Assembly (NCBI RefSeq): GCF_027921745.1
Contig: NC_079238.1
Span: 2,976,001 to 3,040,000, forward strand
Source: Schizosaccharomyces osmophilus
Taxonomy: Eukaryota
DNA: 64,000 nucleotides
Reading direction: 5' to 3'
Shown here: in pieces, positions 23,636-35,063 of the stretch
How the letters are laid out: every line of letters starts with the position of its first letter
Numbering within the stretch: the stretch's first letter is position 1
Position numbers and translations under genes: made by a program
The notes under the pieces: generated by a model
What the model was told of the DNA's origin: nothing
The model's input: the letters and a program-made list of their open reading frames with translations, nothing else
The model's database searches: none

Positions 23636-25372
23636 TTAGCAGCGCAGATAAAGTAGAAGTACAAATCGTTCTTTCTCTATGACTGTGAAAGAAGGCTGTG
23701 ATATGTCTTCAGAGGTAGGTTGGATATTAGTGGGTTCGGTAGTTGCCAGTATGAATTCCAAGCAATTCATACCCGGCCCTAATCTTACATCGAAAGCATA
23801 ATTAACAGAATCAATGTTATAATAAGTTGGACCGGCTAGCTGTAACAATTGGGGAGGAGCGGCAACTGGTTGTCCGAGCAGTTTACCGTTATGCAGTACC
23901 GAAAAATTGTAATTTTTTATAGACATAATGGGATTAATATTTGTAATAACATTCATAATAGCATGTTGTTGTGCCACATTTACAACAGAAATTTCTGATG
24001 CATTAGAAGAAGGGCAAGGAATGTGTTCGCAGAACGGATTGGATAAAGTTGTAGGAGAAGGAGAAAACAAGAAAAATGAATAAAATAAACGTTCTACATC
24101 AGTGGTATTTTCAATCACTTGTGTTTGAGGGAAATTTGGGAACACAAAGTCAGATCTACCTAGGACCGACTTGTGCGTAGAATTTAAGAGATCTGGAACC
24201 GGTTGAGTAGAGAAGGATTTCATAAGGGCAAATGCACTATAATTAGTTTGACAAATTTGGTCAATAGCTTGAGGCTTTGAAGGTTGTTGTTCAACGTCCT
24301 CTGACAATTGAGAAGGAAATCCCTCAGTGAAATTCTCTTTGTTGTCTGCTTCTGCTGGAGATTTTTCATGAAGTAAGTTATCACTAACGACGGAAGGTTC
24401 TCGAGTTTGTGGCTCGAACGATGGAGCGGCAGAAGCCATTCTTTGGTTTGGTGATTCATTTTTGATACTCTCAACATCTTTTGGAATCTCCTCAGACTTG
24501 GTAGCTGCCAATATTGGACCAGAAACATTTGAAAGAGCAATTGAATCCTCGTAAACAAAACTTCCAGCTTCATTGTATGTTTGTGCATTAAGATACATTT
24601 GATTTAAATCATTTTCAAAATCCTTTATTGAGCTATACTCATTTTTCTTCATACGTTTCTCCATCATTTTTATCGTCATTGGCGTCTTAATGATATCGTA
24701 ATAATCGGGATAAAGACGCTTGCTGGGTAAATCAATAAACATGTCGATTAAATATCTACCGGTGGAGTCTTTAACGTCCCTTAAAGAATCGATAACGTTA
24801 GTGATGACTTGGTAAACTTCAGGATTCTTATCAGAGGCTTGCTCTTCAGTCGAAATAGGTACTTTTGAGTCTGTCACAGCGGGAGGTTGACCGGCGTGTT
24901 TAACTTCTAAATCATTTGCAGCTTTTTCGACCAACAAGGCACACTCATAAACAAAGCTTCCTGGAGCATTGTACGTTTTAGCATTGTTTACCATTAATCG
25001 CAAATCGTCATAAAATTCTCCCATGGTAGTATACTGACCATGACGGGCCTTGTTTCGCATTGTTTTGTAAGCAATGGGATCGGTGATTACTTGATAATAG
25101 TCCGGAAAATACTTTTTAGAAGGCAATTCTTCAAAAACATCATCGAAGGGATTACCTCTATTTTTGTCTTGTTAGTTATTTTTTGATCACTAATCAGCAT
25201 AACCAACTAAAATAATCACTTACTCCTGGTCCTTCAGGTCTACCAAGACTTGTAAAGTTTCATTTAACTTTGGTTGCGAAAACGCGACTTGATGGCTGTC
25301 AATCGAGGACTGTTCATTTCATTAGCAATGCACTTTTTGACCATTTGATGAACTGTTACAGATACCTACCAT
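23636..25372 (-). CDS. rsc4: RSC complex tandem-bromodomain subunit Rsc4, coding exons 25372-25370 (ATG only), 25309-25224, 25157-23636
   Basis: Two bromodomains (FEELPSKKYFPDYYQVI...NAKTYN and FIDLPSKRLYPDYYDII...NAQTYN). Canonical introns. Confidence 0.9.
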
Positions 25373-25734
25373 GTTATAAACACCACTTTTTAGAATTTAA
25401 GAGCCAATATTTACAGAAATTTCAATAGGAAGCAAAATATGCATTCACCGAAGATACTACCAAAAATTAAAACCAGAGTATTCAACAAAAAAACCCAATA
25501 TAATAGCTTTTTGTGTTATATTATAAATTCATAAGCCTTAAAATAAGTTATAGATTCCTCTATTATGAGATTTCCAAAACCTGGCTGGTAGTTCGTGGTG
25601 TTTAACTTCCAAGAGAGATGTTACTTGATACGCATGTCACTTATCCCGACTGATGGCATCGTCAAAGTCCAAGGATATCTCCAGCCTTTACCAATATCAA
25701 TAAAGATTGCTGTTGGATGACAGAAGGACAAAAA

Positions 25735-26264
25735 ATGACGAAGAGTCGATTTCCTCGTTTGCTGAACGTCTCTGAGCGTGAACGATTAGAGGCTTTTATT
25801 GATCAAATCCACTATTCTCCGAGGTATGTTGATTTTGTAGATATCCTTTAAGAATTGGTTCCTTTTCATGGTTGTTTACTATATGGCTTATGGTCTTCTT
25901 TTTACACCAAGTTGAACCATTTTTTTAGATAGTGAAAAGGCGATTTACCTTGATTCTTAGCAAACCTTTCTCTACCGTTGTTTTATGAAGTTTGCATTAT
26001 TAACACTCCTACGATAGATATGCTGATGATGAGTATGAATATCGACATGTTATGTTGCCCAAGGCTATGCTGAAGGTAATTCCGACAGACTACTTTAATC
26101 CTGAAACCGGTACTTTACGTATCCTTCACGAGGAGGAATGGAGAGGCCTGGGTATTACCCAGAGTCTTGGCTGGGAAATGTATGAAGTTCATGTTCCAGA
26201 ACCTCATATTCTTTTGTTCAAACGCGAAAAAGACTTCCAGTTGAAATTCAGTCAACAACGATAA
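25735..26264 (+). CDS. suc1: CDK regulatory subunit Suc1 (Cks1), exons 25735-25823, 26018-26264
   Basis: [45 protein letters not shown]...[15 protein letters not shown]...[12 protein letters not shown]. Confidence 0.97.
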
Positions 26265-27113
26265 AAAAGATTCGGTTTTATGTTCTTTTTTTCCTTATCA
26301 CGTGTATTTTACGAGGCTTGGAAAGCTAACTTGCTTCTTCCTACCTTGGAAACGTATACCATTGCGTTTCGACTTGCTTTCTTATGAAGATGATGATTCC
26401 GTTGTGGCATCTCCTGCTGTTGCTTGATATCCTGTCTGCTTATATTCTTTCATTTATTCCTTTGTTCCTGTTCTCTAGTTGTCAAACGGTATGGGTATTG
26501 TATCCTAAGTTCTTTCTTTTTCTCTCCTACTATTGTCCTAAGAAGCCACATCTAGGTTTTTATCATTTCTTCATAAAAAACACAATAACTCTAGACTTTC
26601 CTTACATTTCCTGCGTTTGTTCATTTTTTTCTTTTCCTATTTTCATAGGTTTTACCGTAGAATTTCTAATAGACTCCCTCATATATTAATGGATGAAAAA
26701 CCTTTCGGCTTTTCAGTGAGATATAATATGTCGGTTTTACCCAGAATATTGTTATATACAATTGAGTTGCTATATAAACATTAAGGTTCAAATTTTTAAT
26801 TAAGTGTTGACAATTCTGTGTGTATGTTCTGAGTCTGGGAATTGCAAGATTTACAATATGTTTGATTTTTCAACCACTACGTACTACGACTACCTTTCCT
26901 ATTCATAATTCTTTTTACAAGAGACTTGACTAAGAACTTACAACATCATCAAAGATATAAAAAGCGTAATTTGTAATTAAGCGTAGGCTGAAAAATGGAA
27001 AAGAAAGAAGCACATCACAACTTCACACAGTCTTGTATAGCAAACACTGCAGGAGAGTGTGCCAGTAAAAGTAAGACTCGGATATTGTAACCAGCGTTCA
27101 GGCCCTGTATAGC

Positions 27114-28076
27114 TTATCCCAAAGCATTAGCACCAGTAACAATGTCAATAAGTTCGTTAGTAATGGAGGCTTGACGTTGACGATTATAGATAGTGGAAAA
27201 CTTGTTGATCATCTCACCAGCACTCTTGCTAGCATTTTCCATGGCGTTACGACGGGAAGACATTTCACTGCAGTGGGCTTCAGCCATAGCAGCAAAAATA
27301 GCATTGGTGAAAGCATACTCCATCAAAGGTTGATGAACCTCACTGCTAGCCTCATAGGCAAACAAATTGGGGGATTCAGCGATAGATTGACGAGTATAGA
27401 GATTCTTCATCACAGTTTCAAAAGACACGGCAGAGGCGAATCTGTTGTAAACGATGACGATTCTGTCAAATTCATTTGCATTCTCCAAAATGTTGCTGGA
27501 AACTTGCAAAGCCTCTTCATAAGAAGGACTGGCACCACCAATGTGAGCAAATGTTAAGTAGAGAGAGCCAGGATAATAACGATGAAGCTGGGAACGAACC
27601 TTTTCACCCAAAACGCAAATGCTGGTGTTTTGCTCAACATTAGGATCAACCAATTCCTTACGGATAAGACGAGAGATCGAAGAATGGATACCACCACAAA
27701 GACCCTTGTCACTAGAACAAGCAATCAAAAGTGTTTTTCCATCTTTGGGAGCTTGGGTTCCAGCCTCATCAAAAAATTCATTTGAAACTGTTTGATACTT
27801 CTTGGCCAAGTCCATAGATCTTTGAGCTCTGTTCAACTTTGTTTGAGCAACCGTCTTAATGGTTTTCGTGATCTTCTCGATGTTACGGATGGACTTCAAT
27901 CTTATTTCAAGTTCCTTTAAAGTAGCCTCTCGAGGAGCACTAATCACCAACTCGTTAGCACCAAACTTCTTCCAACTATCCTTTCAATTCACATACCTAG
28001 CGTGAAAGCCTCGGAATCCTACCGAATTTACGATAGGACGAAGTGCATTTGATTCTTTAACCGCTAAACGTAACAT
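27114..28076 (-). CDS. atp3: F1-ATP synthase gamma subunit, exons 28076-27997, 27939-27114
   Basis: Mitochondrial presequence MLRLAVKESNALRPIVNSVGFRGFHASAPRE, then ATLKELEIRLKSIRNIEKITK, SSDKGLCG and NRQRQASITNEL. Confidence 0.96.
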
Positions 28077-28493
28077 TCTGACAAATTTAATGCCAAAAGT
28101 TAGCAAATTTCCTGTTTCGTGTGAATATGGGGGAGGGTAGGTAAACGAAAGTCGAAAAACCAGATCCTATAAGCGGAATGCAAACCCGTCAAAACTAACA
28201 CAAGCCGGTTATAAAACACGTCTTATTTCACTTTTAAAATAATAATTTTAAAAATAAAAATAATGAACAAAAAAAAAGATTCTTGAAAACAGCAACATGG
28301 GGCTCTTCACGTCTCCCATTTATTGCATTCGAACGATCGGATTGCATGCCTTTAGTGTGCTTCAACATCTGATTATAATAGAATAAAGAAGTACGCTGCG
28401 TTGTGCTATTCAAAAAGCATCACCAATACTTTCCTTTTTCTTTTGTTTACATTAAATTTATTCTTGAAATTCATGAGATATATGTAGCTTGAA

Positions 28494-30285
28494 ATGGGAT
28501 TTTCTAGGCAAGGTGTTCTTTGGTATCTCGCCAATGGACTATTACTACTACTTATGGGCTATTATGCGTTTATGACCCCTTATACAAAAGTCGAAGAGTC
28601 CTTCTCAATGCAGGCTATTCATGATATCCAAACTTACAAACTAGATCTTTCAAAGGTACTTGCTTCCAAATTGTTTTGTTCTTAAAAAAAAAAAAAAGAA
28701 TGCATTGTTAGCACATGCAGACGAATATGAGCATATAAAACTAACTGGAATTGTAGTACGATCATCAAAAGTTTCCTGGGCCTGTCAAAAGGAGCTTTAT
28801 TCCTAGCCTTATCATAGCTTTCGTTTCCTACTTGCCTGCTAAACACTTTTCTTCCCTTTTGGCAGTACGATGGACCATTGGCTTTCTTTCTTGTGAAAGC
28901 TTTATGGCCGTAGGAAAAGCTTTAAGAAAACGTTTTGGGTTCTTCGCCGGTATTTCATTTCTTTTAATAGCGGCCGCTCAATTTCATCTCGTATACTATA
29001 TGTCCAGACCATTACCCAATGTTTATGGACTCGTGCTTACAAATTCCGCTTTGACTTTACTACTTTCGGGGAAGTACTATACGTCTATCTCCGTCCTAGT
29101 GTTTGCTGCTGTCATCGTCCGCTCTGAGATCTTTCTACTTTTAAGCGTACTTTCCTTATGTCTTCTTGGCCAACGCAGAGTTCATTTAGTTCGACTTTTT
29201 GTTATCGGCGTCTTGTCTTCTGCAACCGCCCTTGCTTTCACGGTTTTCATTGATTCATGGTTTTGGGGAACATGGTGCTGGCCCGAACTTCAAGCGTTCG
29301 CTTTTAATGTTTTAGAAGGAAAGTCTTCAGAATGGGGAACAAGTCCATTTTATTATTATTTCATTAGGATTCCTTGGATTATGCTGAATCCTACATTATT
29401 TCTTTTTGGACTCGTATCTTTCCTTACTGTTCGTTCGTCAAGAATCCTCCTTTATGTTCCTTTTGCTTTCGTCTTTATTTTTTCATTTTTGAAACATAAA
29501 GAATGGAGATTTATCAGTTATATCCTTCCATGGATTGATGCATCCTGTGCAACTGGTTTCGCATATCTGATGCGACCGAAGGATCAAAATAAAATGAATC
29601 ATAATTTTAGGAAGCTAGCTTTCAGTGGACTTATCATTGGGGTTTCTTTTGGGATTTTCGCAAGTTCTCTATTGCTAAAAGTTTTTACATTTGCTTATCC
29701 TGGAGGCGCGGCACTGGAAAAAGTGCACTCAATGAATACTAATCCATATGGTAAGTTTACAATGTTGTATAAAGCTAATGTCTTATTCTTTTAGAAACCG
29801 TTCATTTGGACACCTATCCTTGTATGACAGGCATCACACGTTTTCTACAAAAACCAAACTGGTATTATGATAAAGAGGAAGATTCTTCTCGTTTAAACGA
29901 CGACCTGTTTCAAACCCAGTTTCACTATATCATCACCGATACTCCAAAACTTTACGAAAGAAATTTCAAAGTTTTACATATTGTCGGAGAAGATCGAAAT
30001 ATTCCTGTAATATCTGCTTCCCCAATATTTGGTGCTTTTAAGCTAAATATTTCAAACTCTGCCTTCCCTGTATACATTTTAGTTCAGCCACCTACTATGA
30101 CGGAGAAAGTATCCATACAAGACTATAATAAATATATTGGTCAACCTGTGAACAATATCAAAAACTGGCCTGAGGTGTATCGAATCGTCAAACCAGGGGG
30201 CATTATGACTCGAGATTATCGTGAAGAGCGACTAAACTTTTTTACTACGGATGATGGAATTCTAGATCATATAACCCAAGGTTAA
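28494..30285 (+). CDS. alg12: Dol-P-Man alpha-1,6-mannosyltransferase Alg12 (GT22) with a C-terminal protease-inhibitor-like domain, exons 28494-28655, 28757-29750, 29795-30285
   Basis: PYTKVEESFSMQAIHD, YDHQKFPGPV, YYMSRPLPN, WPEL..FNVLEGKSSEWGTSP, HKEWRFI, YPGG.AL, VHLDTYPCMTGITRF and YDKEED motifs. Confidence 0.94.
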
Positions 30286-30851
30286 ACTAATAAACTGAAA
30301 ATTCCTCCAAGGCCGAACTATACTGGCTACAAACACATTCTCAGACACAATTTAACAAAAATGTACTTCAACTTTATGCTTAAAGAGTTTATATTATTGC
30401 CTTATGTAGTCATTACCACAGAGCACGAAAATATGACTGTATATAATATGAAAAAAGTAAAAGTATATTGCGACGTAGATTAATAATGTATAGTAATAAA
30501 CCCAACTAAACATAAAAGGCACGACAAGCCTTACACAAGACAATAACTAAGATAAGATATCGTACAGGATGTTGTGCCAAATAAACCTTCATAAAAGGGA
30601 GAAAGGAAAGCTTAAATCAAACGATGAAACGTGCTTATAAAACACAAAATGGACCGATCAACAATAAGCATTAAGTGTTATAAGATGCTCACGGATTAAA
30701 AGAACGTTGGCAAGGGTACCACATGAAATGGAACCACTTTAAGCCTTTTATAGGTTATAATGAAAAGTGGAAACCAGTAAATAGTAAGGAATCTATTATA
30801 AATAACAGAAGAAAAGAAAAGACACGAGCTTACAGCATCACAGATATTAGT

Positions 30852-32096
30852 TTACTGTTGAGCACATTGAACACCGGGATGTCCACCATCATCTTCCTCC
30901 TCTTCCTCGTCCATAGCGGTAGCAGTAGTAGGGTTGACATTGTTATCAATGCGAACGGACTCAGTAGGATCAACGTTACCAAGAACACATTCTTCAGTAA
31001 CAGCCTTCTTGGGAGCCTTTTCAACCTTACGAGGAGGTAAGACTTGTTCAAGGAGAGAAAGCTTTTCTTCAGAAGCAAAATTGGGTTCAGGGAAATCAAC
31101 GGTGAAACGAACGTAGAGGTTACCGGGTTGGTGGTGACGTTGAGAAAGCATACCTTGACCGGTGATAACCTTGAGTTCGTTGGGACGAATACACTCACCA
31201 GGGATGATGGGGACAGTCAAATAACGGTCGTCCAAATGCTCGATGACAATTTGACCACCGGCCAAAGCAGAAAGCAAGTCTACATGGGCTTCATAAAATA
31301 GGTGATCACCATTACGCTTGAATCTAGGATGTTCCTTAACGTCGACGACGAAGATAACATCACCGGGGATGATGCCAGGAGCTTGTTCACCTTCTTCCTT
31401 GAAAACAATCTTTTGACCGTTGTGCATACCCTTTTCGACGTTAACGGTAAGGATCTTACGTTGAGAGGAAACCTTGGCACCATTGCACTCCTTGCAGCGG
31501 TCTTCACTACGGATAGATTCACCTTCACCGTCACAATCGGGACAGGTCATTTGCATGCGTTGGATCATAGGACCCATGGCACGGGTGATGAACTTGACAC
31601 CAGAACCGCTACAAGATTGGCAAGTACGGACAGCACCTTCCTTACCACCACGGCCACTGCACTTGGAGCAAATGACCTTCTTTTGTAAAGCAAGCTTGGA
31701 AGTCTTACCGCGGTAAAGATCTTCAAGGGTGACCTTGATGGTGTGAACCAAATCTTTACCCTTACGAGGGCCACGGGGCATGCCACCACCGAACATGCCA
31801 CCCATGCCACCCATGCCGCCGCCAAAGAAGGAAGCAAACAAGTCGTCAGCAGACATACCGTCACCAGCACCACCACCTTGTAATCCTTCTTCGCCGAAAC
31901 GATCGTAGGTGGAACGTCTTTCCTCATCCGAGAGAATTTCATAAGCACGGCTAATTTCCTTAAATTTATCACCGGCATTGGGGTTCTTGTCAGGGTGATA
32001 CTTTAAGGCCAATTTACGATAGGCTTTCTTCAAATCGTTGGGAGAAGCAGAAGGGTCGACGTTTAAAGTCTCATAAAGTTTCGTTTCTTTAGCCAT
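30852..32096 (-). CDS. mas5: Type I DnaJ/Hsp40 Mas5 (Ydj1 orthologue)
   Basis: J domain with HPD, G/F region, four CxxCxGxG repeats and a C-terminal CaaX (CAQQ). Start MAKETKLY at 32096. Confidence 0.96.
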   Translation of the reverse strand: MAKETKLYETLNVDPSASPNDLKKAYRKLALKYHPDKNPNAGDKFKEISRAYEILSDEERRSTYDRFGEEGLQGGGAGDGMSADDLFASFFGGGMGGMGGMFGGGMPRGPRKGKDLVHTIKVTLEDLYRGKTSKLALQKKVICSKCSGRGGKEGAVRTCQSCSGSGVKFITRAMGPMIQRMQMTCPDCDGEGESIRSEDRCKECNGAKVSSQRKILTVNVEKGMHNGQKIVFKEEGEQAPGIIPGDVIFVVDVKEHPRFKRNGDHLFYEAHVDLLSALAGGQIVIEHLDDRYLTVPIIPGECIRPNELKVITGQGMLSQRHHQPGNLYVRFTVDFPEPNFASEEKLSLLEQVLPPRKVEKAPKKAVTEECVLGNVDPTESVRIDNNVNPTTATAMDEEEEEDDGGHPGVQCAQQ

Positions 32097-33556
32097 AATG
32101 AAGGATGAATCAATAAACAACTAAATGAAAAGACAAAAAATTAGAAATTTATGGGTAATTTGAAGAGATGTTTGTAAATGGAAAAACAAAGACACCAACA
32201 ACAAAAAGAAGTGTATAAACTTATAAAGTTAAAAATACACAGTAAAGAAACACAGATGAAGAAAAAAAGAGAAAGCAATCAAGTCTCTTAAATCAAACAC
32301 CACAAAAAGGAAACAGAAAATGTTTCGCTTTTCTATACAAATTTTTTAAAAAATAATAATAATCCTCTGCCGTCAAAACAGACTTTAAAGCTGAAGAAAA
32401 GCTTCAAATGTTGTTTTTATGGTGTGTGGTTGAGAGGAGGTTGGTTTATACCAGGTCAAAAAGCCAATATAATGAGGGCACTGACTCGTTTATGTTTGTT
32501 ATTGTCCCAGCCAAAGAACATGGGAGAAAGAAAATTTTTTGTCGATCACAAAGCGCTTAGGTAGCAAGGAAGAAAAACCGCCGCTAAGTTACCTAATTCG
32601 AAGCTATAGAACAACAGAGAACAATCCGAACGAGCTGTGCGTTGTAGTTTGGTAAACAATAAACAAACTAGAGTGAAAACAACGTAAACAAAGGAAGAGA
32701 AACACAGAAAAAACAAAATTGGTATTCAAAAATTCGGCACGAAAAAGGCCTCTGAATGCATTAGAAAACTAGTTTCATTGTTAATTAAAAGACAATCCGA
32801 TCAAACAAAGAATGCGCCATGAAAATTTTGTTTCTTTTCATGGCAAAAAAAGCTTAAGCTACAAGAATTGATGAAAGGTAACGGACATAGAAATTTTATT
32901 GAAATTTTTTTTTTTTTTTTTCTGTACAATAATCAACGACTTGAGATTGGATGGCAACTGTACAAGAACTGCTTGATTCGTTAGCACATTCCAGATAGTT
33001 GCCTCTTAGTTTTTCAGTTCATTTTCCACATATTTTTTTTTCGTCATGTGAAAGATGGTCATGGAGTTACCTATGGAGGTCGTTTCTAATATATGAAATG
33101 GCATTCCTAACGAACACTTTCTTTTGCTACTTGTTGATTTTGAAAGCTTTCTTCTGCTATTCTCCTTCAGCTACTCTATACTCGCTCCTTCTACAGTCCT
33201 CCTAAAGGAATCCCAAATATCCCACATAGGCCGCATGTGGGATACGATTTTTAATGTATCTACTTCCTAAGACATATCAATATCCATGTGGGGGCAGGAA
33301 AGAAAAAGGTGTTAGGGAATTCAAAGCAGTAGGGAGGTTTTACATATTGAAATCTTTGAGTTGGGCTGTACATATTTCACCCGTAAAAAAAGTTAAATTG
33401 AGTTAGAATAAAATATATACAAAGGAACCCGTTTCATGGAAACGATCCATTCTCAATCGTCTTTAAGTATGTGCTTCCTTCTTCTAGGTAACAAGCTATT
33501 TGACAAAGGCCTTGCTACTTTTTGCACTGTCCGACTACTATAAGTAAGGCGATGTG

Positions 33557-34054
33557 ATGCTGTCAGAATATTTGACGCATGTAGGTCGTATTAACGTTTA
33601 TTTGGACCCAAACACCACGCCGCACCCAAAGCGGGTGGGTGATGTTCCGTGTTCACTTCCTCTGGCCCTTAGCAAGAACGAGCCGGTCGTCGCCGTTCAG
33701 CGTGATGACACTCTACAAGTAGTGATCCGTTGCTCTCCTCGTATCCAGAATTTTGATATTGTCGTTCCTTTAAAAGCTCTTGATTTCGACTCCCACCTCA
33801 AACAGGTCGTCCAATGTAGGTACTGCTCCGCTGAGCTCGCGACCTTTTTTTCCTGTCGAGACTTGCCATCGGCTAATTGGCAAGAATTAATGGATTGCTG
33901 GGCCTGCCATGTGGATTTTCCTGCTACTTTGGCTAAGAACGGTGGTATGCCTTCTTTTACGCCTACTCAAGATATGTCCTATTCGGGTATCTCTTTTCTT
34001 CTTTTGCATCCAAATTCATTGGTAAGTTCCAATCTCTTTAAATTATTTTTGCTA

Positions 34055-34085
<31 letters not shown>

Positions 34086-34920
34086 TATTTATATTGTTTT
34101 TTACGAAAGTACGGACCTAAAAGAAACCCTTGATTTGCTTTTCTATACAGTTCACAAATCCCAAGGAGATACATAGGTCCTAGAATAAACAAAGAGAAAC
34201 TTGGAAATATCATTTCGTACCCCTGCAAAGAGGGTTGTTATGATATTCCCATTCATACGCTCCTTCTTCACAGGTCGCACCTATTGAAGCTTTGTTAGGT
34301 CGCGGTAACTGAAAGAGTACATTCCTTAGTTATTTTAATTTTCTCTTTTTACTTTTCTTTATTTTTATTTTTCTTTCTTGTCTGTGTGTCTAACCATGTC
34401 CTCTTTCTAGGAAAATCCACAGTCTTACCAAAGTAACTCCCCTTTGTATCACTGTTCGTCCTGCCAAGCTGCTCTTGGCGTTCAAGATGAGCAAGATGTT
34501 TGTGAAAGCGTCCGTCTGGATAAGTCTTGTATTATGATTAATGGTACTCGTATTCATCCTTCTTATGTCGTTACCTCTGAATTATTAACACTTCGCGAAT
34601 TGAACGCAGTCCACAAATTTTGTCTCACTGATCAGCGTAATACACTTTTCGTTTGGTGCTTCACTCCATATCTACCAGTTACCTTCTTTAACAATCCAAA
34701 ATTAACTGCTTCTTTTCAACAGTCACCTGTCATTACAGTCAAAACACTCTATACCTATGATCCACCCGAAAACTCGCAGGCTGACGACTGGCAGGATATA
34801 ACGTTGGTTCCTTCTGTTTTTCAGGAAATAAAAGATTTATTAGAGCTTACAACAAGCAGTTTTCCTTCTTCCGCTCAAAAGTTTCAGTTCTGGTATGTTG
34901 GTTTGCTCCCACGGTTATGA
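33557..34920 (+). CDS. ipa1: Ipa1/UBE3D-like (HECT_2 family) protein, exons 33557-34021, 34411-34920
   Basis: CxxC..DLPSANWQELMDCWACH signature and a second CxxC..LG. A 389-nt GTAAGT..CTAAC..TAG intron joins the exons in frame. Confidence 0.88.
34110..34324 (+). ncRNA. Intron-encoded box H/ACA guide RNA, snR81-like (predicted guide for U2 snRNA Psi42)
   Basis: Hairpin GGACCTA(34113-19)/TAGGTCC(34174-80) with an internal pocket, H box AGAATA (34182-87), a middle GNRA hairpin, a 3' hairpin and ACA at 34319-21. Pocket strands AAAAGAA and GATAC are complementary to U2 GUAUC-U-G-UUCUUUU. Confidence 0.8.
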
Positions 34921-35063
34921 ATTTTAGTGTTTATTTTTTTTTCTTCTTCTTTTTGGTTTTTAAATATCTATTAATTTCTTCTTCCTTTTCAATGTCCTGG
35001 TTGCAATTCATCACACATCTTGAATATTGTTTCTAGCATACAAGCATCATCAGTACAATGAGA

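Noticed and set aside
26384..26689. 101-aa hydrophobic ORF after suc1
   Set aside because: A T-rich 3'UTR translates as Phe/Leu-rich sequence; no family signal.
34243..34251. ATATTCCCA resembling the U17/snR30 m1 motif
   Set aside because: It has one mismatch, is paired in a stem, and lacks the m2 (AAACCAU) partner. The U2 pocket explains the RNA better.
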